A program made the position numbers and the translations under genes. Below, one piece after another: positions 1-11,920 of a stretch of DNA of 64,000 nucleotides. The notes beneath the pieces are model-generated. The model made no database searches. It was given only the letters and a program-made list of their open reading frames with translations, and was not told the DNA's origin. The DNA lies in assembly GCF_056746865.1 (NCBI RefSeq), contig NZ_CM163382.1; one strand, 5' to 3'. Position 1 is the stretch's first letter. The number at the start of each line of letters is the position of its first letter.

Positions 1-1846
1 CTCTATAGATCCTTTTAATATCGACCATATTGAAGTGATCTCCGGTGCGACGTCCCTGTATGGCGGCGGCAGTACCGGTGGCCTGATCAACATCGTGAGC
101 AAAAAAGGCCAGCCGGAAACCATGAAGGAGTTTGAGGCTGGCACCAAAAGTGGCTTTAGCAGCAGTAAAGATCACGATGAACGCATTGCCGGAGCTGTCT
201 CCGGCGGAAATGAGCATATCTCCGGACGTCTTTCCGTGGCATATCAGAAATTTGGCGGCTGGTTTGACGGTAACGGCGATGCCACCCTGCTTGATAACAC
301 CCAGACCGGCCTGCAGTACTCCGATCGGCTGGACATCATGGGAACTGGAACGTTGAACATCGATGAATCCCGGCAGCTTCAGTTGATCACACAGTACTAT
401 AAAAGCCAGGGCGACGACGATTACGGGCTTAATCTCGGGAAAGGCTTCTCTGCCATCAGAGGGACCAGCACGCCCTTCGTCAGTAACGGGCTGAATTCCG
501 ACCGTATTCCCGGCACTGAGCGGCATTTGATCAGCCTGCAGTACTCTGACAGCGCTTTCCTGGGACAGGAGCTGGTCGGTCAGGTTTACTACCGCGATGA
601 GTCGTTGCGATTCTACCCGTTCCCGACGGTAAATGCGAACAAACAGGTGACGGCTTTCTCTTCGTCACAGCAGGACACCGACCAGTACGGCATGAAACTG
701 ACTCTGAACAGCAAACCGATGGACGGCTGGCAAATCACCTGGGGGCTGGATGCTGATCATGAGCGCTTTACCTCCAACCAGATGTTCTTCGACCTGGCTC
801 AGGCAAGCGCTTCCGGAGGGCTGAACAACAAGAAGATTTACACCACCGGGCGCTATCCGTCGTATGACATCACCAACCTGGCGGTCTTCCTGCAATCAGG
901 CTATGACATCAATAATCTCTTTACCCTCAACGGTGGCGTACGCTATCAGTACACTGAAAACAAGATTGATGATTTCATCGGCTACGCGCAGCAACGGCAG
1001 ATTGCCGCCGGGAAGGCTATATCCGCCGACGCCATTCCTGGCGGCTCAGTCGATTACGACAACTTCCTGTTCAACGCTGGTCTGCTGATGCATATCACCG
1101 AACGCCAGCAGGCATGGCTCAACTTCTCCCAGGGCGTGGAGCTGCCGGACCCGGGTAAATACTATGGTCGCGGCATCTATGGTGCTGCAGTGAACGGCCA
1201 TCTTCCTCTAACAAAGAGTGTGAACGTCAGCGACAGCAAGCTGGAAGGCGTGAAAGTCGATTCTTATGAGCTGGGCTGGCGCTTTACTGGCAATAATCTG
1301 CGCACCCAAATCGCGGCCTACTATTCGATTTCTGATAAGAGCGTGGTGGCGAATAAAGATCTGACCATCAGTGTGGTGGACGACAAACGCCGTATTTACG
1401 GCGTGGAAGGTGCGGTGGACTACCTGATTCCTGATACTGACTGGAGTACCGGAGTGAACTTCAACGTGCTGAAAACTGAGTCGAAAGTGAACGGTACCTG
1501 GCAGAAATACGATGTGAAGACAGCAAGCCCATCAAAAGCGACAGCCTACATTGGCTGGGCACCGGACCCGTGGAGTCTGCGAGTGCAGAGCACCACCTCC
1601 TTTGACGTGAGCGACGCGCAGGGCTACAAGGTCGATGGCTATACCATCGTCGATTTGCTTGGCAGTTATCAGCTTCCGGTGGGTACACTCAGCTTCAGCA
1701 TTGAAAACCTCTTCGACCGTGACTACACCACTGTCTGGGGGCAGCGTGCGCCACTGTACTACAGCCCGGGTTACGGCCCTGCTTCACTGTACGGCTACAA
1801 AGGCAGGGGCCGCACCTTTGGTCTGAGTTACTCAGTATTATTCTGA
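1..1846 (+). CDS. iutA: TonB-dependent ferric aerobactin receptor, 5' end outside window
   Basis: Long ORF open from window start to stop at 1846; outer-membrane beta-barrel C-terminus ending in aromatic residue (GLSYSVLF); sequence recalled as IutA; sits next to sit operon as in aerobactin islands/ColV-type regions. Confidence 0.7.
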   Translation, partial: SIDPFNIDHIEVISGATSLYGGGSTGGLINIVSKKGQPETMKEFEAGTKSGFSSSKDHDERIAGAVSGGNEHISGRLSVAYQKFGGWFDGNGDATLLDNTQTGLQYSDRLDIMGTGTLNIDESRQLQLITQYYKSQGDDDYGLNLGKGFSAIRGTSTPFVSNGLNSDRIPGTERHLISLQYSDSAFLGQELVGQVYYRDESLRFYPFPTVNANKQVTAFSSSQQDTDQYGMKLTLNSKPMDGWQITWGLDADHERFTSNQMFFDLAQASASGGLNNKKIYTTGRYPSYDITNLAVFLQSGYDINNLFTLNGGVRYQYTENKIDDFIGYAQQRQIAAGKAISADAIPGGSVDYDNFLFNAGLLMHITERQQAWLNFSQGVELPDPGKYYGRGIYGAAVNGHLPLTKSVNVSDSKLEGVKVDSYELGWRFTGNNLRTQIAAYYSISDKSVVANKDLTISVVDDKRRIYGVEGAVDYLIPDTDWSTGVNFNVLKTESKVNGTWQKYDVKTASPSKATAYIGWAPDPWSLRVQSTTSFDVSDAQGYKVDGYTIVDLLGSYQLPVGTLSFSIENLFDRDYTTVWGQRAPLYYSPGYGPASLYGYKGRGRTFGLSYSVLF

Positions 1847-1910
1847 CAGGAATTCTTTGGAAACAAAGGTATGTTGATATAAGGGCCTTCCCTGATCATG
1901 GTGGGAAGGC

Positions 1911-3145
1911 TCAAAACGCCATATTCAGTTTCCCGTAGTGGAACATCACGCCCAGCTTAAAGCGTTCCCGATTGCGGTATCCCCTGGCTTTTATCCTCAG
2001 CAGCCTGAGCTTACTGTTAAGCGCCTCCGCGTTTCCGTTTGAGACACGGTGTCGCATGGCATTCAGGATCCCATACAGCCTTTTTCCTATCGTTTTCGTG
2101 GCGTTTTTCATCATAGTAATGTCACTGTTGGCCGCCAGAGCCAGCAATCTCTCCCACTCATTACGTCTTTCCTCACTTCATGGCCTGTTCCAGATATTCT
2201 TTGCCAGCTCTTTCAGCGCCCAGCACAGGCTTGTCAGCTTCATCTGTGCACGCAGCCATATCAGCTTTTCCTGCCTGGATTCGGTCATCCATTTATCGTT
2301 GTACTGCCACAGGAAGCGGGTCCCCTTTGCCTGACGCCGACTTTCAACAGGGAGGTGTGGATGTTCATCCTGACGGATTTTATCAACTACTTCACCAAGT
2401 TGCTTTGCTACATGGAAGCGGTCGAAGGCGATTTTCTCAACCGCACAGGGTAAGTGGATACGCGCTGCTCTTATACAGCCTGCATTCATGTCCATTGAGA
2501 GCGTTTTGATAGCCAGCAACTGCCCGTCAGTAAGCGTGCGAAGATAGCCGGCGAGGCTCTCTGTGCCACGATCGTCCGTTAAGGCCAGTGCACGACCATC
2601 GCGATCGGAGATCACAGTTATATAACAATGTCCTTTTTTAAAGGCGACCTCATCCACATTCATATGACGGGCGGATAATGGCTTTTTTATCCGGGCAAGA
2701 CCTCGCTTAACTGCCCGGGTCATAATGCCGTCAACCGCATTCCAGCTGAGCTTAAGTTGTTTCCTTACAGCATCAACAGTGCTGATTTTCAGCCATGAGA
2801 GAACGAGTCGAACAGCAGCGTATACCGCCTTCCGGGGCCAGCCCAGGGAACTAGCAACGTCTGGCAGCCATGCTCCGGGCACATAATGCGGGGCACATCG
2901 GCTTCGACAATAGTGGTGAACTGGCAGATATCAAGATGACGCCATTTACGATGACGGTGATCGTGAACAGAACAGGATTTACCGCAGGTCGGACAGGCTA
3001 ACCGGGCATTTTTAGCGATTCCAACTGTGACGGTAACAGAACCGGCGTTTTCATCGAGAGAAAGATATTTAACCTGCCATGGAGCGGTCAGGTTGATAAT
3101 ATGAGCGTAGAGGGACCTTTCGTCCATGGCGGTGACCTTTGGCAA
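1911..3145 (-). pseudogene. ISL3-family transposase, disrupted by two frameshifts
   Basis: Three consecutive minus-strand ORF pieces (2789-3145 zinc-finger N-term with CPTCG; 2178-2882 DDE core with NVDEVAFKKGH; 1911-2147 C-term with GYRNRERF) that together make one ISL3-like transposase. Confidence 0.5.
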
Positions 3146-3430
3146 TTAAAACACCATCATCATGCCTTCAGCCACCATAACAAGGGAAAACCCTGATATA
3201 CGGCCTTAAAAAGATATTCCGTCTCCGGAACGGACTGCTCACCACTGAATAACATTATGCCTGTTTTATGTATCTTTGACTGAAATTTATCGCATATCCT
3301 CATTTCATTGCCCGTATGAAAAGGTAAGCGAAAACCTACTGCCGTAGTAGCCATTGAGTAGTATTGGTAACATAGGTGCCAACATTTCAACTGATCTGCG
3401 CTAAGATCTTGGGTATTCTATGAAAAATGT

Positions 3431-3741
3431 GGTAGTGCTTCCAATCAGTAGAACATGTTCTTTTCAATGACGGAACCGATGACTTTTTCGTTGATTTTCA
3501 CGGAACGCGAGAAGCAGATTGTTTTACGTGCCAGCCGCTTGATGCGGGTGCGGAGGGGCAGGTTGTTAAGTTCAATAGGTTGCGTGAATATTTTACCGGT
3601 CAGGTATTTCTCCTTCGTCACTTCTCTGACGTTGCAGCCCCTGTCATTGCTGGTCACTATGCCGATATAGAACGAAGTCAACAGGGCTAACAGTTCCCGA
3701 CAGGTCTCATCATTCCGTGGCCCGAAAGAATAAGCCAACAC
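3431..3741 (-). pseudogene. IS1-family element right end with divergent InsB-like C-terminal fragment
   Basis: ORF 3445-3741 C-terminus parallels IS1 InsB (RLARKTICFSRSVKINEKVIGSVIE vs [26 protein letters not shown]); terminal sequence ggtagtgcttccaatcagtag at 3431 resembles the IS1 inverted repeat; 5' part absent. Confidence 0.45.
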
Positions 3742-4083
3742 ACCGCAGTTTTAGTGTTGTAAGCAGACCAGTGTTGTTGCGCCTTGCTGCCAACGAAATT
3801 TAACTGCTCATCAAGTTTCAAAGATAAGGGCAACATCAGCGTGAACGACTGGCGTAGATGTTATCCGCCGGGGCGAAAACATTTTTAATGTCCGTATGAC
3901 GGTATTGATGCCGATTTTCAGTGTTCATGGGTATCACGGACACCTGCGCCGTTATGTGCCATTTCAACGATCTGCTCCTTAACGCCGGGTTTCCTGACTT
4001 CACCAAGAGTAAGTGAGCTGGAAAACATGTTTTACATGAGCGACAACGGAAACGCTCATCTCGGGAACGTGTTCTTAACGGTT

Positions 4084-4170
4084 AGACTGGCCCCCCTGAA
4101 TCACCTGCAGTTGAAGGACAGTAACAGGTTAAGTGATAACAGATGTCTGGAAATATAGAGGTAAATCCAA
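4084..4170. mobile_element. Miniature IS2 remnant: IS2 left and right terminal repeats with almost all internal sequence deleted
   Basis: tagactggcccccctgaatcacc matches IS2 left end; gttaagtgataacagatgtctggaaatatagaggtaaatcca matches IS2 right end; only about 20 bp between them. Confidence 0.55.
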
Positions 4171-4435
4171 GGAAGTGCCACTTTTCATCCGTTGTTGACA
4201 ATACAGCAAAACTTGATGCTATTCGTACGCCCACAATGGAATGTGGATTCAAACTGAATATTCCGTTTGTTGATATGAGTGATTTGGGCAACGGTGGCAA
4301 CAAATAACTTTATACAGGAGCTGACGGTGTTTTCCTGATCATGCCGCCCATATTTTCTTCGGAGGTCGGGGACTTTCAATACCTTCCCCCGACACTCTAT
4401 GACTTCACAAGATTGTCTCCATGACTGCTATGTGC

Positions 4436-5314
4436 CTACAGATGTTGCTCTCTGGTTGTTGTACTAGTCGGGAGATCCTGTGGATCGACATTTTCCTTCG
4501 CGTGAGCATTGATGCTGGAAGCGGTAAACGTCAGGATGAATACAACCGTGAATAAGATAACAATCGTTGGTGCTGGTGCGCTGTCTATAAAAAAGGAGAG
4601 CCATACACCAGTCATTGAGACCATTACCGATATACCGAGCGCCAGCAGGAGCGCAATATGAAAGCGTTGCGTCAGGAGTACCGCAATGGCGCCAGGCGCA
4701 ATGAGCAGAGAAATGGAGAGAATGATACCTACCGCTTTCAGCGTCGCCACAATGGTCAGAGAGACCATGCACAGCAGCCCATAATGCAGCCATCTCGTAT
4801 GCAAACCGCTTACCTGCGCCTGTTGATAATCAAAGCTGAACAGCAAAAAATCCCGCCATTTTACGCTAATAACAAGTGTAACCAGCCCGGCAATAATCAC
4901 CGTCTGGATTATATCGCCGATGGTTACCCCGAGCATGTCGCCGAAAAGAATATGGTCAAGATGTACGTCGGGTTTGACTGCAATATACAAGATCAGACCT
5001 GCGGCAAACATGCCAGAAAAAACAATCCCCATCACTGTATCTTGCTTGATTCGGCTGTTGTCTTTCAGGTATCCCGTCGCCACCGCGCAGAATACTCCGG
5101 CGACGAATGCTCCTCCCGCCAGAGGAAAACCCAGTATCCACGCAAGCACGATACCAGGAAAAACCGCATGACTCATCGCGTCTCCCATCAGTGCCCAACC
5201 TTTCAGGACCAGAAAGACCGACAGCAGCGCACAGGGTATGGAAACTACCAGTGAAATCAGCAGTGCGTGACTCATAAAGGTGAACTGCAGTGGCTCCAGT
5301 AATAATGCCATCAT
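4436..5314 (-). CDS. sitD: Iron/manganese ABC transporter permease SitD
   Basis: 292-aa polytopic membrane protein; last gene of four-gene operon with overlapping stop/start codons. Confidence 0.85.
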   Translation of the reverse strand: MMALLLEPLQFTFMSHALLISLVVSIPCALLSVFLVLKGWALMGDAMSHAVFPGIVLAWILGFPLAGGAFVAGVFCAVATGYLKDNSRIKQDTVMGIVFSGMFAAGLILYIAVKPDVHLDHILFGDMLGVTIGDIIQTVIIAGLVTLVISVKWRDFLLFSFDYQQAQVSGLHTRWLHYGLLCMVSLTIVATLKAVGIILSISLLIAPGAIAVLLTQRFHIALLLALGISVMVSMTGVWLSFFIDSAPAPTIVILFTVVFILTFTASSINAHAKENVDPQDLPTSTTTREQHL

Positions 5315-6168
5315 GAGCGATCCTCCAGCACCTTATGCGCACGCTGACGATTTGCCAAAAGCCCATGGGTGGGTGCAAAGACAAATGCTAAAAGAAACAG
5401 CAGTGTCTGCGCCACCACGATGATTCCACCTGTCGCTCCGTCCAGAAAGTAACTGACCCACGCGCCGAGGAAACTGGTTACACTGCCAATAGTTACAGCA
5501 ATCACGAGCAGGCGGGGAAAACGATCGGTTAACAACCATGCTGTTGCGCCAGGGGTCACTACCAGACAGATCACCAGAAAAGCCCCAACCGTTTGCAATG
5601 CTGCAACGGTCGATACCGCCAGCAGTGTGAAGAAGAGGATTTTTAATCTTCCTGGATATAATCCAATAGCACGGGCGTGATTTTCGTCGAAAAAGGTCAC
5701 CATAAGATCTTTCCATTTGAAAAAGAGCACTATGACTGAGACAATGCCAATGATAGTGAGTTGCAGGATATCCGCCGGAGCGATTGCCAGAATATTGCCC
5801 AGGACGATGGTCTGAATATTTACGGATGTCGGGTTTAATGACACCATAAACAGCCCCAGGCCAAAAAAGGACGAGAAGATCAGGCCGATGATGGCATCTT
5901 CTTTTAAGCGAGTGCGTTGGTTAAGAAACAGCATGCTGCCCGCAGCCAGTCCACCGGAAAAGAAGGCCCCCAGAGAAAACGGAAGCCCCAGCATATATGC
6001 CCCCGCAACACCCGGGACGATAGAGTGCGACAGCGCATCGCCAATCAGCGACCAGCCTTTTAGCATCAGATAGCATGACAGGAAAGCGCAGAGACCGCCG
6101 ACCATCGCCGCGACCCACATCGCATTGAGCATATATTCATAGCTGAAGGGTTCCAGTAGCACGTTCAT
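5311..6168 (-). CDS. sitC: Iron/manganese ABC transporter permease SitC
   Basis: 285-aa hydrophobic permease; 4-bp overlap with sitD and sitB. Confidence 0.85.
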   Translation of the reverse strand: MNVLLEPFSYEYMLNAMWVAAMVGGLCAFLSCYLMLKGWSLIGDALSHSIVPGVAGAYMLGLPFSLGAFFSGGLAAGSMLFLNQRTRLKEDAIIGLIFSSFFGLGLFMVSLNPTSVNIQTIVLGNILAIAPADILQLTIIGIVSVIVLFFKWKDLMVTFFDENHARAIGLYPGRLKILFFTLLAVSTVAALQTVGAFLVICLVVTPGATAWLLTDRFPRLLVIAVTIGSVTSFLGAWVSYFLDGATGGIIVVAQTLLFLLAFVFAPTHGLLANRQRAHKVLEDRS

Positions 6169-6992
6169 CTTTCTTCCCTCTGCACCGCTGATGGTCGATA
6201 AGCCACAAAGGGGCGTTCATCGTCAGTAATAATGCTTTCTTCCGAGCCTTTAAGTGTGACATGGCGTAGTACGCCGCTAAAAGCCAGCTCCAGGTTCTCG
6301 GCTGTAAAAGTGGTGTCTGTCGGCCCGCTTGCCAGGACGGTGCCTTTGACCATGACCGTATAATCGCAAAATGTCGTGACGGATCCGAGATTGTGCGTTG
6401 AGACAAGCATCGTTTTGCCTTCCGCGCGTAACTCCCTCAACAGGCTGATGATTTTGGCTTCGGTTTTCACATCAACGCCGGTAAAAGGTTCATCCAGCAG
6501 GATCACATCACCCTGCTGTGCAATCGCTCTCGCCAGAAAGACGCGTTTCTTTTGTCCACCGGAAAGCTCGCCGATTTGTCGATGGCGAAAATCTACCATA
6601 TCGACACGTTCCAGCGCATCGGTGACAACCTGACGATCCCTCTTATTGGCTATACGCAACATACCCATATGCCCATAGCGGCCCATCATCACCACATCTT
6701 CCACCAGTACAGGAAAGGACCAGTCCACTTCTTCTGACTGCGGGACGTAGGCAATCAGGTTTTTCTGCAGAGCCTGCCGCGTGGGAATACCCAGAACAGA
6801 TATCTTTCCGGTAGTCAGACGCACGAATCCCATAATCGCTTTAAATAACGTCGATTTTCCGGAACCGTTTACCCCAACCAGAGCGGCAATAGATCCGCCT
6901 GGTACTGTGAAGGATGCATCGCGCAGTGCTGTGTGCCCGTTACGCCAGGTGACAGTAACGCCATTAACGACAATACCCGCAGATTGCATCAT
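6165..6992 (-). CDS. sitB: Iron/manganese ABC transporter ATP-binding protein SitB
   Basis: Walker [10 protein letters not shown] and ABC signature LSGGQKKR in translation. Confidence 0.9.
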   Translation of the reverse strand: MMQSAGIVVNGVTVTWRNGHTALRDASFTVPGGSIAALVGVNGSGKSTLFKAIMGFVRLTTGKISVLGIPTRQALQKNLIAYVPQSEEVDWSFPVLVEDVVMMGRYGHMGMLRIANKRDRQVVTDALERVDMVDFRHRQIGELSGGQKKRVFLARAIAQQGDVILLDEPFTGVDVKTEAKIISLLRELRAEGKTMLVSTHNLGSVTTFCDYTVMVKGTVLASGPTDTTFTAENLELAFSGVLRHVTLKGSEESIITDDERPFVAYRPSAVQREER

Positions 6993-7906
6993 TACTTCTC
7001 CCTTTTCCCGGCTTTAATTCCCTGCACCAGCGTACTGGTAGTAACCTTCAGAAGGTCGATATACGTAGGTACCGGGCCGTTTTCTGTGCTCAGGGAATCG
7101 ACATAGAGCACACCGCCGTAGTGTGCGCCGGTTTCACGCGCAACCTGACGCGCTGGTTTATCGGAAACCGTACTCTCACTAAATACCGCTGGGATATTAT
7201 TTTTCTTCACTATATCAACCACTTTACGTACCTGCTGGGGTGTTCCTTGTTGATCGGCATTTATCGGCCACAGATAAAGCTCTTTTAGCCCCAAATCGCG
7301 TGCGAGATAAGAAAAAGCCCCTTCACTGGTGACCATCCATCTTTTATTCTCAGGGAGTTCAGCAATCTGCTTACGCAGGGGGGCAAGGGTTTGGGTAATC
7401 TTGGCTTTATAAGTATCGGCATTACGTTGGTATGTTTTTGCATTTGCCGGATCGTATTTTATCAACGCATCACGAATATTATCGACGTAAATCAAAGCAT
7501 TATCTGGTGACATCCAGGCATGAGGGTTAGGTTTTCCCTCGTAGGGGCCTTCGGTGATCCCTACTGGCGTCACACCCGAAGAGACAATCACTTCTGGAAC
7601 ACCATTGAGATGCTGGTAAAAGCGCTGGAACCACAATTCCAGATTCATTCCATTGGCGAGAATCAGTTGTGCCCCCTGCGCACGTTTAATATCGCCAGGG
7701 GTAGGCTGATACTCATGAATTTCCGCACCGGGCTTGGTTATGGATGAGACTTCTGCAACATCTCCAGCCACGTTTTTGGCCATATCTGCGATGATGGTAA
7801 ATGTTGTAATGACCTTGAATTTTTCAGTTGCACTCGCCTGAAATGCGATCGAGCAGGTGAGGGCGAGGAACCCCAAGAGCATGGTTAATTTTTTTATTGA
7901 GTGCAT
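6992..7906 (-). CDS. sitA: Periplasmic metal-binding protein SitA
   Basis: 304 aa with N-terminal signal peptide; first gene of operon; start overlaps sitB. Confidence 0.85.
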   Translation of the reverse strand: MHSIKKLTMLLGFLALTCSIAFQASATEKFKVITTFTIIADMAKNVAGDVAEVSSITKPGAEIHEYQPTPGDIKRAQGAQLILANGMNLELWFQRFYQHLNGVPEVIVSSGVTPVGITEGPYEGKPNPHAWMSPDNALIYVDNIRDALIKYDPANAKTYQRNADTYKAKITQTLAPLRKQIAELPENKRWMVTSEGAFSYLARDLGLKELYLWPINADQQGTPQQVRKVVDIVKKNNIPAVFSESTVSDKPARQVARETGAHYGGVLYVDSLSTENGPVPTYIDLLKVTTSTLVQGIKAGKREK

Positions 7907-7938
7907 AATTCAGTACCTATAGTGAGCAAAATTAGAAC

Positions 7939-7960
7939 AAACATAGCAACGGCTATGTTT
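7939..7960. promoter_or_regulatory. MntR-box-like perfect palindrome upstream of sitA
   Basis: aaacatagcaacggctatgttt, a perfect inverted repeat matching the recalled MntR operator of mntH, about 35 bp upstream of the sitA start. Confidence 0.5.
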
Positions 7961-7979
7961 TATAGCATAATCTATACAA

Positions 7980-8000
7980 ATGCAAATGGTTATCATTAAT
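7980..8000. promoter_or_regulatory. Fur-box-like element upstream of sitA
   Basis: atgcaaatggttatcattaat; minus-strand reading taatgataaccatttgcat resembles the GATAATGATAATCATTATC consensus. Confidence 0.35.
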
Positions 8001-8140
8001 GTATTTGTTTGTAAGTGATGAGATGCTCTTCCTCTCCTTCACGACAGCCTTCAATTACGCCATGATGGATAAACTGTAACCATAAAAGGAGAAATGTACT
8101 GAACACATCCTGCCCTGTTAAGAGAGGTGCACTGTGATGG

Positions 8141-9287
8141 ATGAAGGGTAAAATTGTCTGCTGTGGAGCCTCTCAGATTTCCGGCATCATAGTGCCCAAT
8201 ACGGGATGCAAAAGCGCCCTCAGACTGGCGACTCCACAAATGAAATATACACCGGTTGGCGTTGATATCGCAAAGTATCTGATTCAGGTTCACTTCATCA
8301 ATGAGTACACGGGCGAAGTGGTGGACAAGCAGCTACGTAGCAAGGATTTTCTGACGTTCTTCAGCAACCGGGAACCCTGTCTGATAGGTATGGAGGCTTG
8401 TGGAGGCTCCCAACATTGGGCGAGGGAACTGGAAAAAACTGGGACACAAAGTTCGGCTGTTGCAAGCTCGCTTCGTTAAAGCATTCGTCATGGGCAACAA
8501 AAATGATGTGATGGATGCGCGTGCTATCTGGATGGCGGTACAGCAGCCCAGTAAAGATATCGCTGTTAAAACGGAAGAGAAGCAGTCAGTTCTGGTCCTG
8601 CACCGTTCGCGCAGACAACTGGTGAAGTTCAGAACCTCGCATATTAATACCCTTGGCACGCTCCTCGAGTTTGGTGAAATCCTCCACAAAGATTGGACAG
8701 CGATGGACAGAAAGCTACCGACAGCCCTAGAGCGAATGAAGACGAACCTGCCGCCGTATCTCATCACTGTGCTTGAATACCAGTACAACAGACTGAGTGA
8801 GCTGGGCATGCAGATAGATGGCCTTGATAAACAGATTAACAGCGTGGCACGGCAGAGCGAAAACTGTAAGCGCCTAATGGAAATCCCCGGTGTGGGGCCG
8901 TTAATCGCTACGGCGGTGGTCGCCACCATGGGCGAGGCCTCAGCATTTAAATCCGGACGTGAGTTTGACGCTTATGTCTGTCTGGTGCCGAAGCAGACGG
9001 GGTCCGCTGGGAAGGTTCGCATGCTGGGGATAAGCAAACGTGGGGATACCTACCACCGGACATTATTTATCCATGGGGCAAGGGCGGCAGCATTGCTTAC
9101 CAAAGAACCCGGCCCATGGATCACGGAGCTGAAAAAACGGCAGCCGACAGGTGTAATGCCGATCAGTTTAGGAGCAGTTGACCGATCCAGGGTCTGTTTA
9201 AGAATCCTGAAACGCTCACTCGTTTCCGGATTTTTGTGCACAGAAAAACCCCAGCTAGGCTGGGGGCCGGAAAGCTTTCAGCTTTGA
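8141..9287 (+). pseudogene. IS110-family transposase, frameshifted
   Basis: ORFs 8141-8479 and 8400-9287 overlap in different frames; N-terminal GVDIAK/MEACG and C-terminal IPGVGP/GISKRG motifs. Confidence 0.6.
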
Positions 9288-9325
9288 GCCAGTTATTAAA
9301 ACCCCTTTTGATTTGTTAAAACACC

Positions 9326-9616
9326 TTGCGGTCTGGCAACTGCAAGTGTCAAACAAGAAATCAAAAGGGGGTCCCAATGGGGAACGAAAAGAGCTTAGCG
9401 CATACCCGATGGAACTGTAAATATCACATAGTTTTTGCGCCAAAATACCGAAGAAAAGTGTTCTACAGAGAGAAGCGTAAAGCAACAGGCAGTATTTTGA
9501 GAAAGCTGTGTGAGTGGAAAAGTGTACGGATTCTTGAAGCTGAGTGCTGTGCAGATCATATCCATATGCTTGTGGAGATCCCGCCCAAAATGAGCGTATC
9601 CGGCTTTATGGGATAG
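9326..9616 (+). pseudogene. IS200-family TnpA, 3'-truncated
   Basis: MGNEKSLAHTRWNCKYHIVFAPKYRR...HIHMLVEIPPKMSVSGFMG matches IS200 TnpA; left-end hairpin cccttttgatttgtt/aacaagaaatcaaaaggggg upstream; ORF cut short at 9616. Confidence 0.65.
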
Positions 9617-10347
9617 ACGGCATTAATCGCTTCCGGGAAGCCTTTCAGGCCGTCCACGAAGGCGATAAGGATATCGTTCAGGCCGCGATTTTTCAGTTCC
9701 GTCAGTACATTCAGCCAGAACTTTGCACCTTCATTTTCGGCCAGCCACATATCCAGCAGCTCTTTCTGACCGTCGGTATTGATGCCCAGCGCGAGGAACA
9801 CCGCTTTGTTAATGACACTCCCGCTGTGACGAACCTTAACCACAATACAGTCAAGATAAACAATGGGATACAGTGCATCCAACGGTCGGTTTTGCCATTC
9901 AGAGACCTGTTCTTTAACCGCATCGGTCACTTTGGATATCAGCGTGGGCGAGACATCGGCGTCGTACATTTCTTTGAAGGCTGAGGTAATTTCGCGGGTA
10001 GTCATCCCTCTGGCATACAGCGCCAGGATCTGGTTGTCCATGCCGGTAATGCGGGTCTGATTTTTCTTCACCAGTTGTGGTTCGAAGGAACCATCACGAT
10101 CAGGTGGAGTACGTAATTCCATCGGCCCGTCGGTAGTGGTGACGGTTTTCGTGGAATAGCCATTACGGAAGTTGGTTCCCGATTTGGTCTGATTTTTTTC
10201 ATGTCCCAGATGGTGAGTCAGTTCAGCGTTGAGAGCTGCCTCAACACTTATTTTCTTGAGCAGGCGATCGAACTGACTGAGATCTTCAGGGGTTTTGAGA
10301 TTTTTGGCCAGTTCGTTAGCCAGAGCCTGCAATTGTGTGTCGTCCAT
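9556..10347 (-). pseudogene. IS256-family transposase, C-terminally truncated
   Basis: 263-aa ORF with IS256-like N-terminus (LNAELTHHLGHEKNQ, VYLDCIVVKVR); abuts the truncated IS200 piece. Confidence 0.6.
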
Positions 10348-11267
10348 AATTTAGCTTTCATTTGATGTTGAATTGAACAGATCAAAATCAGGCAATTACA
10401 TAAATCTATGTACAGGCTCAATGCCGGCGCTGGTATTGTAGAAATCAATCCTGCCCCTGATGTCGGAGATACTCTCGTTAACCTTCCTGATTGTATCCTC
10501 TGCTCAGTCAATGGGTTGCCAATGGGGGCACCCTTTCCTGACTGATTCGTCATTTCATTCTTATTGTATGTTACTGGCATTACACCAGTGCTGGCATACT
10601 TTCCTGCGTGTCTGCACCGGTTTGACAAAATTCAACAGGGATAAAATAGTGCAGGAAACTGAAGCATTACTTGCAGAGCCGGGAGACATCCGGCGTTTTA
10701 TTCAACAGGCAGTGGATCACTGGCCGCATTTTCTGATTGTCCACTTCACACACAATTCGACAGAAGGAAACATCAACGGACAACAGATTCATGCATTCTG
10801 AACTTCCTTTTATGAACGTATTACTGAACGTAATCACACTGACAGTCCATCCTCGCCGGTGGTATTACGCTGGTTGCGTGAACAACATGAAGGAACAACA
10901 ATACCTGTTGCTGCTCAGCCATGTGGTGGCATGCAGCGGCACTTTAAGCAGCACAGGGCACTTTGAACTGCTCCGGGAATCCTGGAGACTAAACTCCCTG
11001 AGAAAGAGGTAAACAGGATGAGTATGATTCACAATTGGGGTAATTTGTTCCATTGCCTCAAATGCTGGCTGTACGCCACAGACTCTGCGTGTCTGGGTTA
11101 GCCAGTATGAGCGGGATACAGGGGCGCTTCACACATAACATTCCTTCTAATTTGCATAATTAATTACACTGATAGTCACATTCAATAACTATCATAAGCT
11201 ATCATCTGGCTGACTGTTATTTCGCAACAGTTATTGAGTAAATCTTTAACCTGTTAACAGAGGGTTT

Positions 11268-11792
11268 ATGAAACGTAAACTTATTGCCTTTGTGATTCTG
11301 GCTACATCATCCTGTGGATATGCAGCCACCAAAGATGTAACAATGAATCTTGTTGATAGTGACGGAAAAGAGCGAAATATTGGTAAAATAACCATCCAGA
11401 AGACACCCTACGGGCTGCTGTTCACCCCTGATCTTCACTCCTTACCCGCCGGCATTCATGGTTTTCATGTACATGAAAACGCAAGTTGTGCTCCTGCCCT
11501 GAAAGATGGAAAAACTGTCGCTGCTTTATCTGCAGGTGGTCACTTTGACCCGGAAAAAACAGGGAAGCATCTCGGTCCATGGTCTCCTGATGGCCACCTA
11601 GGTGATCTCCCTGCGCTTTATGTCACTCATGACGGAAAAGCAACCTACCCGGTGCTTGCGCCAAGACTATCTGAATTAAAGGAGCTCGATGGCCGTTCGC
11701 TAATGCTCCACGCAGGAGGTGATAATCATGATGACCATCCTGAACCTCTAGGTGGCGGTGGTGCAAGAATTGCCTGTGGTATCATCCCATAA
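11268..11792 (+). CDS. sodC: Periplasmic Cu/Zn superoxide dismutase, acquired paralogue
   Basis: 174 aa with signal peptide, copper-site histidines (HGFHVHE, GGHFDPE) and C-terminal [12 protein letters not shown]; diverged from chromosomal SodC as recalled. Confidence 0.8.
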   Translation: MKRKLIAFVILATSSCGYAATKDVTMNLVDSDGKERNIGKITIQKTPYGLLFTPDLHSLPAGIHGFHVHENASCAPALKDGKTVAALSAGGHFDPEKTGKHLGPWSPDGHLGDLPALYVTHDGKATYPVLAPRLSELKELDGRSLMLHAGGDNHDDHPEPLGGGGARIACGIIP

Positions 11793-11799
11793 TCAATCA

Positions 11800-11822
11800 G
11801 GTAAGGGATATCCTCCCTTACC
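11800..11822. terminator. Hairpin between convergent genes, possible bidirectional terminator
   Basis: ggtaagggatatcctcccttacc inverted repeat directly after the sodC stop. Confidence 0.3.
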
Positions 11823-11920
11823 CTTAATCTTCCCTGGCGGCATGTGCATATCTTTCAGTTACTGTGAGATACCTGTATTACGGTGTCTTTTTAGCTCACA
11901 GAAATATCAGACAGCCCGTT

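Noticed and set aside
4166-4195. 16-bp identity gccacttttcatccgt shared between 4176-4191 and 14508-14523
   Set aside because: Flanking sequence is unrelated on both sides; too short to assign to a repeat family.
4658-5254. 198-aa plus-strand ORF (and other 60-140-aa ORFs) inside sitC/sitD
   Set aside because: Antisense to a well-supported operon; arginine/histidine-rich low-complexity translation typical of reverse-frame artefacts.
10460-11012. Short plus-strand ORFs (113 and 91 aa) upstream of sodC
   Set aside because: No motifs, no ribosome-binding sites I could see, and they overlap each other; treated as non-coding promoter region.
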